Position numbers and translations under genes: made by a program
The notes under the pieces: model-generated
Seen by the model: the letters and a program-made list of their open reading frames with translations, nothing else
Databases searched by the model: none
Told to the model about the DNA's origin: nothing
Shown here: piece after piece, positions 55,356 to 63,271 of the stretch
Layout: the number at the start of each line of letters is the position of its first letter
Position numbering within the stretch: position 1 is the stretch's first letter
NCBI GenBank assembly: GCA_039588015.1
Contig: JBDHAS010000023.1
Location: 6,868-70,867, forward strand
Length of the DNA stretch: 64,000 nucleotides
DNA from: Gemmatimonadota bacterium
Lineage (GTDB): Bacteria > Gemmatimonadota > Gemmatimonadetes > Palauibacterales > KS3-K002
Reading direction: 5' to 3'

Positions 55356-55384
55356 GAGAGGCGCCCATCGATCGAGGAAGACCG

Positions 55385-57271
55385 ATGCCCGATTTCAGAG
55401 ATCTCGTAGAAAACGGCAGCGCCCATCTCTTCGACGGCGCGATCGGCACCGAGCTCTACCAGCGCGGCGTTTTCATCAACGTCTCATTTGACCAAATGAA
55501 CACGGACCGCCCCCAAGTGGTCCGTGAGGTACATCGCGCGTACCGGGAGGCCGGAGCGGAGATCCTCGAGACCAACACGTTTGGCGGCAATCGCGTGCGG
55601 CTCGATCGATACGGTCTGGGCGACCGGGTCTATGATGTGAACAAGGCTGGCGCGGAGCTCGCCCGCGAAGTGGCCAGCGACGACCTGTATGTGGCTGGTT
55701 CGATAGGACCCTTGGGCATCCGCATCGAACCTTACGGGCCGACGGCGCGTGAGGAAGCCCGCGCGCTCTTCCGGGAACAGGCTGGGGCGCTCGCTGCTGG
55801 GGGCGCCGATTTATTCGTGATCGAGACCTTCAGCGACCTGTCTGAGATCGAACAGGCAATTCTGGGGTGTCGGGACGCCGCCGATCTTCCGGTGGTCGCC
55901 CAGATGACGGTCTACACGGATGGAAACACCTTATACGGCTACGATCCGGCCCGAATCGCACGACATTTGGACAAGACAGGCGCCGACGTCATAGGCCTGA
56001 ATTGCAGCGTCGGACCGGCGATGATCCTCAAGGCCATCCAGGCGATGGCGGATGTGACCGACCGTCCGCTGTCGGCGATGCCCAACGCGGGGCTGCCGCG
56101 CGAGGTGGAAGGCCGGAAGATGTACATGGCGTCGCCGGAATACTTCGCCAAATACACGCGTCGACTCCTCCAGGCGGGCGTTCGGTTCATCGGCGGATGC
56201 TGCGGAACGACTCCGGACCATACCCGGGCGATGGCGGCGCAAGTGCGGGCGCTTCGTCCCCAACAACACGCGGTCGTCGTGGAGAAAGTCCGGGCGGTCG
56301 AGGAGCGGGAAGCGGAGCCCGGTCTGGATCCTGTACCCAGTGCGGAACGTTCCGGGCTCGCAGCGAAGATCGCCGCAGGTGAGCTCGTCACCAGCGTCGA
56401 GATCCTTCCGCCAAAAGGATGTGATCCGACGGATGTGCTCGATAGGATTCATGACCTAAAGCTCGCCGGTGTCGACGCCGTAAACGTTCCGGACGGACCG
56501 CGCGCGATGATGCGCATGGGTGTTTTGGCGACCTGCTCGATCATCGAGCGTGAGGTTGGACTCGAGACGATTCCCCACTATTGCTGCCGTGACCGGAACC
56601 TGCTGGGGATGATGAGCGACCTCTTGGGCGCACACGCCATGGGGCTCCGGAACATTCTCATCATCACGGGAGATCCGCCCAAGATGGGCCCGTATCCGGA
56701 TGCCACGGCGGTGTTCGACATCGACTCCGTCGGACTCACGAATCTCGTGCGCAAGCTCAACCATGGGCTCGACCCCAGCGACAATTCGCTGGGATCGCAG
56801 ACGAGCTTCTTCATCGGAGTCGGCGTGAACCACGCGTCTATCGATCCGACTTACGAGATCGGTCACTTCGAGTGGAAAGTCGACGCGGGGGCTCAGTTCG
56901 TCATCACGCAACCGATCTTCGATGTCGATCAATTCCTGGAGTTCACGGCGAAGATCGGCCACGTGCACATACCTACGATCGCTGCCGTGTGGCCACTCGT
57001 GTCCTTCCGGAACGCGGAGTTCATGAACAACGAGGTGCCCGGAGTTGTCGTGCCGGACGCGGTCCTGGAGCGGATGCGCCTTGCTTCTGAGCGCGGGAAG
57101 GAAGAAGGGATGGCCGAAGGCCTCGCCATCTCGCGCGAGATGGTGGAACGATTAGAGCCGCACGTGCAGGGCGTTCAGGTGAGCGCGCCTTTCGGGAAGG
57201 TCGATTTTGCGCTTCAGGTCTTCGATGCGCTCGCCGGTTGGGAGACCCGAGGGCGCACAGCCATTCCCTGA
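55385..57271 (+). CDS. yitJ: Bifunctional homocysteine S-methyltransferase / 5,10-methylenetetrahydrofolate reductase (YitJ-type)
   Basis: 628-aa ORF. The N-terminal Hcy-binding domain has LFDGAIGTELY, ILETNTFG and the zinc site GLNCS...FIGGCCGTTPDH. The C-terminal half is MTHFR-like (SVEILPPKG, PHYCCRDRN, LIITGDPP, QPIFD). Confidence 0.9.
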   Translation: MPDFRDLVENGSAHLFDGAIGTELYQRGVFINVSFDQMNTDRPQVVREVHRAYREAGAEILETNTFGGNRVRLDRYGLGDRVYDVNKAGAELAREVASDDLYVAGSIGPLGIRIEPYGPTAREEARALFREQAGALAAGGADLFVIETFSDLSEIEQAILGCRDAADLPVVAQMTVYTDGNTLYGYDPARIARHLDKTGADVIGLNCSVGPAMILKAIQAMADVTDRPLSAMPNAGLPREVEGRKMYMASPEYFAKYTRRLLQAGVRFIGGCCGTTPDHTRAMAAQVRALRPQQHAVVVEKVRAVEEREAEPGLDPVPSAERSGLAAKIAAGELVTSVEILPPKGCDPTDVLDRIHDLKLAGVDAVNVPDGPRAMMRMGVLATCSIIEREVGLETIPHYCCRDRNLLGMMSDLLGAHAMGLRNILIITGDPPKMGPYPDATAVFDIDSVGLTNLVRKLNHGLDPSDNSLGSQTSFFIGVGVNHASIDPTYEIGHFEWKVDAGAQFVITQPIFDVDQFLEFTAKIGHVHIPTIAAVWPLVSFRNAEFMNNEVPGVVVPDAVLERMRLASERGKEEGMAEGLAISREMVERLEPHVQGVQVSAPFGKVDFALQVFDALAGWETRGRTAIP

Positions 57272-57353
57272 GCGCTGGTCTGACGTAGGTTGTAACGAAC
57301 CAGTCGCCTCGAGGTGCGGCTCGGCGCGCGTTTCCCTCGGCGCAGGTGTGGTG

Positions 57354-60300
57354 TCAGCGACAAGCGACGAACCGCACACTGCTTTGCCGGTCGGCCACGA
57401 TCTTGGCTAGGCTCTCCAAGACGTAGACGATGTCGTCCTCGGTATTTCCTACACCGAGCGACATACGGATCGCGCAGTGCGCATCTTCATCGGACAAGCC
57501 CAACGCCTTCAGTACGTGGGATGGGTCCGGGTTGCCCGATTTGCAGGCAGAGCCCGATGAGAAGTAGACACCGTGGCGGTCCATGAAGAGCACCAACGAC
57601 TCACCGCGCATTCCGGGAACCGTCATGTTGATGGTGTTTGGCAGGCGCTCCGCTACGTGACCATTCAGCCGCGCGTCGGGCACGACCTCGCGGATTCCCG
57701 CTTCCAGCCTGTCGCGTAAGCGGCTCACGCGCTCCATCTCGCGGTGGTTAAGACGACGCGCGGCAAGCTCGCAGGCCTTACCGAAACCGATGATTCCAGG
57801 GACGTTCTCTGTGCCGGCGCGCAGAGAGCGCTCTTGCCCACCACCGTGGACGACCGGAGACAACTCGACTCCCCGGTTGACGTAGAGCGCGCCCACGCCT
57901 TTCGGGCCGTGGACTTTGTGACTCGACACCGAGAGCAGGTCGACTCCCAGCTCCTGCACATCGACGGGCAGCTTGCCCAGACCCTGAACAGCATCCGTGT
58001 GGAACGTCACACCGCGCTCATGTGCGACGTTGGCCAGCTCGACGATGGGATTCACCGTCCCAACTTCGCTGTTCGCCATCATCACGCTCGCGAGTATCGT
58101 CTCTGGCTTGATGGCCTCGGTTAGCGCTTCGGGCCGGATGCGACCGTAACCGTCGACTTCCAGATAGGTGATCTCGAAGCCAAGCTCGGTCAGGGCTTCA
58201 CAGGTGCGGAGCACCGCGGGGTGTTCAACGGTCGTTGTGATGATGTGGTTGCCAGCACCACGCTTGGCTAGGGCGACCCCCTTTATGGCCAGGTTGTCAG
58301 ATTCGGAACCGCCTCCGGTGAAGATGATGCGGCGCGCGGTGCAGTTGAGAGCCTGTGCTATCTTGCGGCGCGCGCTTTCGACGGCGTCGCGGGCCGTATT
58401 GCCGCGACTGTGGATGCTGGAGGGATTCCCGAACTCTGCTTGCAAGAACGGGAGCATCTCCTCCAACACCTCGGGGTCGACGGGTGTGGTGGCGTTGTGG
58501 TCGAGGTAGACTTGACGTCTCGGTCTCTCCGGCCTGGCGACCTCGACGACGGCCTCGCTTTCGTCTTCGGCGACGTGGCTTACGCTCTCCCCGCTCCCCG
58601 CTTTGGTGACATCGCAGAGCAGGGCCTTGTACACCGGGAATCCGGAGATCGGGTCGTAGCGATTAAGGTCCGTCAGGTCATTTACGTTGCAATCGCGCCA
58701 TTCCTGCGGACCTAGAGGGCCGCCGCCGCCCATGTTGGCGTCTACGGCACCCTCGACTATCTCTTCGGTGACCCGTGCCTGATACTTCAGCCGGCCGCGT
58801 GGGGTGGAGACCCAAACCCAGTCACCGTTTTCTATTCCGCGTTTCTCGGCGTCCCGCGCATTGATCGTCACCTGAGGAACGGGGGCCTTGCGGCTAAGGC
58901 CGGGGACGCCGTGGTGCTGACTGCGGAAGTCGGCGAAGATGCGAGCGCCTGAGTTGAAGACGAGTGGGTAACGCTCGGCCAGGGCCGGCTGGGCTAGCGG
59001 GCCTTCTTGGGGCTCGGTGTAGACAGGCAACGGGTCGTAGCCGTGCTCGTCCAGAATGGAGGAGGCGATTTCGAACTTCCCGGTCGGCGTTCTGAACCCC
59101 GGTTTTCCGTCCTCTCGAAGCCGGCCCTTCTCCCATTTCTTGTACTGCATCATCGCCGTGGGAATCTGGACCTCGCCGCCATTTGCGCGCACATCTTCGA
59201 GCGTGAAGCCCGAGCCCTTTAGGACGTGGCGGAGCAAGTCCTCTTCGGTGCGCGGGTAGCGGTCGCCGTACCCTAGCCGGTCCGCCAGTTCTGTCAGGAT
59301 CAGGTAGTCGTTTCGCGCCTCGCCGATCGGATCGATGACTCTCTCACGAATCTTGAAGACCGGGCCGTAGACCATGTAGGAGGTAATCTCGTACATGGTC
59401 GTGGCGGGCAGCACGATGTCGGCGTAGGCCGAGTCGGCCGTGTGGTGACGGTTGATGCTGACGAGGAAATCCAGCTCGTTGAGTGTCCTGCGCCAGAGCG
59501 CCGGGTCGGGCCAGGCCGTGACGATGGAGCCGCCGAGGATCGTCAACGCGCGGATCCTGTACGGCTCGCCTTTGAGAACCGAGTCGGGGAGAGCGATAGC
59601 GTGTGACTCCCCGCGGTACTGGCTGTACACGGGGAAACGGTCCCGGCCCAGTGCTTTGCGGACGTTGGGGTTCGGGATCAGGCCCTCCCTGTTGATCGGG
59701 AACTGATTTTCACTCATCCGGATAGTCAGACCGCCGGGCACATCGAGTTGCCCGGCCAGCGCCCACAGGGTGAATACGGCGCGGATCGCCTGAACACCGC
59801 TGTCGGAGTACTCGAGTCCCGTGTACATGAGCGGGCAGGCGCCGCGTGCTCGCGCGATACGGCGAGCGAGCTCAACGACTGTATCCGCCGGCACCCCGGT
59901 GATCTCTTCGACGGCGTCGGGTCGGAAATGCTGAACGTATTGCTTGAGCTCGTCGAACCCGACGGTCCAGTCCCGCACGAAGGCCTCATCGTACAGTTCC
60001 TCTTCGATGAGGACATTGATCATAGCCAACGCCAGCGCGCCGTCCGTTCCCGGGCGGATAGCGATCCAATCAGCGGCTACCTCGCGCGCCGTGTGGTTCC
60101 GTTGCGGGTCGATGCAGACCACATGGGCGCCCCGTAGCACCGCTCTTTTGATCTGCTCGTGCGCGAGCGGCGGCGAGTCGGTGGCGGGGTTGGCTCCCCA
60201 GATCACGATCAGCTCCGCGTTCTCGATGTCGTGATCCATGGTGTGGTAGTACTCGCCAAACGTGACGTGCGGCGCGATCATGGCGAACGAGACGTAACAC

Positions 60301-60779
60301 AGCGCGCCGACGCCCAACGTGTTGGGTGAGCCGAAAGGAAAGAGCATGCTGGAGGCTGAAGAGATGGCGACGCCGGCGGGCTGGAAGACGTCGCACAGCG
60401 CCAACTCGAAGCTGCCCCTCCCGGTGTAGATAGCCGTCGCTTCGGGTCCGTGGTCGGTCTTGATGGTCTGAAGCCTGTCGACGATGTACGCCAACGCTTC
60501 GTCCCAAGAGATCCGTTCGAATTCGTAGGTACCCTTGGGGCCGACACGCCGTAATGGGTACTGCAGGCGGTCCGGGTCGTGGACGATCTCCGCCGAATGA
60601 ACGCCGTTGGTGCAGATCATGCCCAACGGGTGATCCTGCGGTCTTGCGGCCTTGATTCTGCCGTCTTCCAGGGTGACGGTCACCCAGCAGCCGGCGGGAC
60701 AGATGCCGCACAGAGCCTCTTTTTCCTCGACACTACGGTTCGCCGCCGTCTCTTGACGGTCGAGCATCACTTCATGCAT
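57354..60779 (-). CDS. Fusion protein: acetylene-hydratase-like molybdo/tungstopterin oxidoreductase module plus NifS/IscS-type cysteine desulfurase (candidate metallopterin-dependent ergothioneine synthase, MES-type)
   Basis: A single uninterrupted 1141-codon ORF. aa 24-56 carry a C-x2-C-x3-C-x26-C 4Fe-4S motif (CGICPAGC...ICTNG). aa about 60-725 are MopB-like (ISWDEALAYI, LIVIWGANPA, IRPGTDGALA, C-terminal Molydop_binding-like WVWVSTPRGRL). An acidic linker covers aa about 726-755. aa about 756-1141 are class-V aminotransferase (VYLDHNATTP, PLP-Lys SSHKVHGPKG, persulfide Cys SSGSACKSG). It lies 3 nt downstream of egtD. Confidence 0.85.
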   Translation of the reverse strand: MHEVMLDRQETAANRSVEEKEALCGICPAGCWVTVTLEDGRIKAARPQDHPLGMICTNGVHSAEIVHDPDRLQYPLRRVGPKGTYEFERISWDEALAYIVDRLQTIKTDHGPEATAIYTGRGSFELALCDVFQPAGVAISSASSMLFPFGSPNTLGVGALCYVSFAMIAPHVTFGEYYHTMDHDIENAELIVIWGANPATDSPPLAHEQIKRAVLRGAHVVCIDPQRNHTAREVAADWIAIRPGTDGALALAMINVLIEEELYDEAFVRDWTVGFDELKQYVQHFRPDAVEEITGVPADTVVELARRIARARGACPLMYTGLEYSDSGVQAIRAVFTLWALAGQLDVPGGLTIRMSENQFPINREGLIPNPNVRKALGRDRFPVYSQYRGESHAIALPDSVLKGEPYRIRALTILGGSIVTAWPDPALWRRTLNELDFLVSINRHHTADSAYADIVLPATTMYEITSYMVYGPVFKIRERVIDPIGEARNDYLILTELADRLGYGDRYPRTEEDLLRHVLKGSGFTLEDVRANGGEVQIPTAMMQYKKWEKGRLREDGKPGFRTPTGKFEIASSILDEHGYDPLPVYTEPQEGPLAQPALAERYPLVFNSGARIFADFRSQHHGVPGLSRKAPVPQVTINARDAEKRGIENGDWVWVSTPRGRLKYQARVTEEIVEGAVDANMGGGGPLGPQEWRDCNVNDLTDLNRYDPISGFPVYKALLCDVTKAGSGESVSHVAEDESEAVVEVARPERPRRQVYLDHNATTPVDPEVLEEMLPFLQAEFGNPSSIHSRGNTARDAVESARRKIAQALNCTARRIIFTGGGSESDNLAIKGVALAKRGAGNHIITTTVEHPAVLRTCEALTELGFEITYLEVDGYGRIRPEALTEAIKPETILASVMMANSEVGTVNPIVELANVAHERGVTFHTDAVQGLGKLPVDVQELGVDLLSVSSHKVHGPKGVGALYVNRGVELSPVVHGGGQERSLRAGTENVPGIIGFGKACELAARRLNHREMERVSRLRDRLEAGIREVVPDARLNGHVAERLPNTINMTVPGMRGESLVLFMDRHGVYFSSGSACKSGNPDPSHVLKALGLSDEDAHCAIRMSLGVGNTEDDIVYVLESLAKIVADRQSSVRFVACR

Positions 60780-60782
60780 GGC

Positions 60783-61844
60783 TTACCGGTTGGTTGCTGT
60801 AGAGAGCGCGCGAATCGTGGGTACGTCTACGACCCGCTCGAGCAGGAGCAGCGCGAACCACTCTCTCTCGTCGGTGAAGGTTCGCCTCACCTCAAACCCA
60901 AAACGGCTGAGCTCGTCTGTAAGTTTCGGCAGGCGGAACTTCCGGCTGATCTCGAGCAGTACCAGTTCTCCGGCGTCGATCTCGAAATGCTGGTCGAGAG
61001 GCTCGACGTATATATCCTGTGCCGCCCCGAAGCGAAGCGAGATCTCCATACGCTCACGCTCTGGGTTCCAGACCGCCACGTGTTCGATCTGTTCGAGGTC
61101 GATCTCGGAGCCCAGTTCGCGGTTCATTCTCGCCGCGTAGTTCGTGGTGAAGCGAGCCGTGACGCCGGCAGCATCGTTGTATGCCGCCTCCAGAAGCCCG
61201 GCGTCCTTTACCAGGTCGACGCCCAACAAGAAGAAGTCTCCGGCGGGAAGGTGACCGGTCACGCTCCGCCAGAAGGCTGTCGTCTCGGCCTCATTGAAGT
61301 TGCCGATCGTGCTTCCCAGGAAGACCACCATCTGGGGTGACAGTTGCCGCAAGATTCGGAGGGCGCTGCCGTAGGTGCCATTGATACCGGTGAATTCGAC
61401 GTCCGAGAAGGTGCCGGAGACCGAGTCATAGGCCTGACGCAGTGCGCTCTCGCTGACATCCACGGGGATGTAGCGCACCGATGCTTCGCCCCGAGTGTAC
61501 GCCGAGAGGAGGTGTTCCGTCTTCACAGAGTAGCCGGAGCCGAGTTCCACCAATGTCCGTGGCCCGGTTATCTCGCGAATGTCATCGGAGTGTGTGGCAA
61601 GTATCGACGCTTCGGTTCGGGTCTGGTAGTACTCTGGTTGCTCGGTGATCGCTTCGAACAGCCGGCTGCCCTCGGCATCGTAGAGGAAACGGCAGTGAAG
61701 CCACTTGGGGTCATCGCTCAGGCCGATGGCCACCGAGCGGGCATACGTCATGAGGGTGTCGCCGGCCTCGGCGGTTTCCACGATCTTCGTTCCGGAGGTA
61801 ACGGCTTCTCGGAAGCGGGAGGGGAAATCAGAGGGCTGCGTCAC
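60783..61844 (-). CDS. egtD: L-histidine N-alpha-methyltransferase (EgtD/EanA type; hercynine-forming)
   Basis: EgtD (Methyltransf_33) hallmarks are DPKW..RFLYDAEGSRLFEAITEQPEYYQTRTE, LVELGSGYSVKT, YIPVDVS, FLGSTIGNF and AYNDAAGVTARF. The track ORF extends to 61988, but that part overlaps galK. I prefer the GTG at 61844, which overlaps the galK stop (GTGA). The alternative ATG is at 61751. Confidence 0.85.
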   Translation of the reverse strand: MTQPSDFPSRFREAVTSGTKIVETAEAGDTLMTYARSVAIGLSDDPKWLHCRFLYDAEGSRLFEAITEQPEYYQTRTEASILATHSDDIREITGPRTLVELGSGYSVKTEHLLSAYTRGEASVRYIPVDVSESALRQAYDSVSGTFSDVEFTGINGTYGSALRILRQLSPQMVVFLGSTIGNFNEAETTAFWRSVTGHLPAGDFFLLGVDLVKDAGLLEAAYNDAAGVTARFTTNYAARMNRELGSEIDLEQIEHVAVWNPERERMEISLRFGAAQDIYVEPLDQHFEIDAGELVLLEISRKFRLPKLTDELSRFGFEVRRTFTDEREWFALLLLERVVDVPTIRALSTATNR

Positions 61845-63034
61845 CAACCGACCTTTTGGACCGAAGCCCCAGGCCCGGCTTCGCTGACGAAAGCCTCTGG
61901 GCTGTGTCCGTACAGGTTCTGATAGGCATCCGAAACCGAAGCCACGAAATCCTCGAGCAAAGCCGCGCTTACCACGTTTACGGTGCAACCGCCGAAGCCG
62001 GCGCCGGTGAGTCGCGCGCCGATGCTGCCAGGCGCTCTCTGAGCCAGAGAGACCAGCGAGTCCAGTTCGTCGGAGCTCACTTGGTAGTCATCCCTGAGCG
62101 AACGGTGAGACGCGAACATCAGTTCCCCGAAGCGTTCCGTCTCCGCTTGCTCCAGCGCCGCTGCGGCGAGGTGCACGCGCTCGATTTCGCCGACCACGTG
62201 CCGAGTACGGCGGTCGAGCGGCGGCGGCAGGTGCCTGAGCAGCGAGTGCAACTGCTCGGGCTCAACGTCACGGAGCGCGCGGATGTCGTCGTCGACGGCG
62301 GCCAAGCGGGTGACCGCTGCTTCGCACTCACGCCGCCGCTGGTTGTACTCGGACGATCGGAGTTCCCGCTCGACGCCGGTGCAGAGAATCACCATTCGCA
62401 GCGTTGCCGGCAGTTTGACCTGCTGGATCTCCAGGCTGCGGCAGTCGAGCAGCAGGGCTTTGCCGGTCTCGGCGCAGGCGGAAGCGATCTGGTCCATGAT
62501 GCCACACTGGACACCGACGTAGTGGTTCTCTGCCTTCTGACAGAGCTTTGCGAGCTCGAGCTCGGGGACGTCGAGGTCAGATGCGTGGCAGAATGCGCTT
62601 GCGAAGGCCACCTCCAGCGCAGCCGAGGACGAGAGGCCGCTGCCAACGGGGACGGTGCTCGTCACGGAGGCGTCCAAGCCACTGAGCGGAAAGCCTGCTT
62701 GCGTCATCGCCCAGGCGACTCCGGCAGGGTAGGCGGACCAACCCTGCACCGATCCCGGTGACAAGCCGTCGATATCAAACTCGGCGGTTTCGTCGAACTC
62801 GGCGGAATAGACTATGACCCGCCTGTCGGGCCGGGCTCGGTAAGCCACGGCGACGTCGAGCTCGACGGCTACCGGCAGCACTAGCCCCTCGTTGTAGTCC
62901 ACGTGTCCGCCGATGAGATTCACGCGGCCGGGCGCCCGGGCTAGCCATTCAGGCTGCTCGGAGAACGCCTGCTGAAAGTCCGCACGCGCTGTCTCGAGAT
63001 TGGAGCGATCGCTTGTCGGGTCTCGCGTTGACAT
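61841..63034 (-). CDS. galK: Galactokinase (GHMP kinase family)
   Basis: 397-aa ORF. The GalK signature is APGRVNLIGGHVDYNEGLVLP. The GHMP motif is PVGSGLSSSAALEVA, with C-terminal GARLTGAGFGGC. Confidence 0.9.
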   Translation of the reverse strand: MSTRDPTSDRSNLETARADFQQAFSEQPEWLARAPGRVNLIGGHVDYNEGLVLPVAVELDVAVAYRARPDRRVIVYSAEFDETAEFDIDGLSPGSVQGWSAYPAGVAWAMTQAGFPLSGLDASVTSTVPVGSGLSSSAALEVAFASAFCHASDLDVPELELAKLCQKAENHYVGVQCGIMDQIASACAETGKALLLDCRSLEIQQVKLPATLRMVILCTGVERELRSSEYNQRRRECEAAVTRLAAVDDDIRALRDVEPEQLHSLLRHLPPPLDRRTRHVVGEIERVHLAAAALEQAETERFGELMFASHRSLRDDYQVSSDELDSLVSLAQRAPGSIGARLTGAGFGGCTVNVVSAALLEDFVASVSDAYQNLYGHSPEAFVSEAGPGASVQKVGW

Positions 63035-63271
63035 CCCTCTTGCATCCCTATCGTGCTACGCAGGTTATGAGGTGCAAGCTACGCCGACCCCGTGCCGGCG
63101 AACAAGATAAGGTAGATGAGCCGAGGCGGGGCCGCACGGCTGCGTTGCGTGCATTTTGTGCGCATTATACTCCTGCCGATCTTCACGTCAGACAGGTCGA
63201 AGAGGCGGGACTCGGAGTTGCGACTGGCGCGATTGGCAGCGGCGCGTAAGCCCGATCTTCGGGAACGGTGA

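Noticed and set aside
61845-61988. N-terminal extension of the EgtD ORF (MHRKRGKRGFARGFRGFGFG...)
   Set aside because: It overlaps the well-supported 3' end of galK in another frame, is Arg/Gly-rich, and has no counterpart in EgtD proteins. An internal GTG that overlaps the galK stop is a better start.
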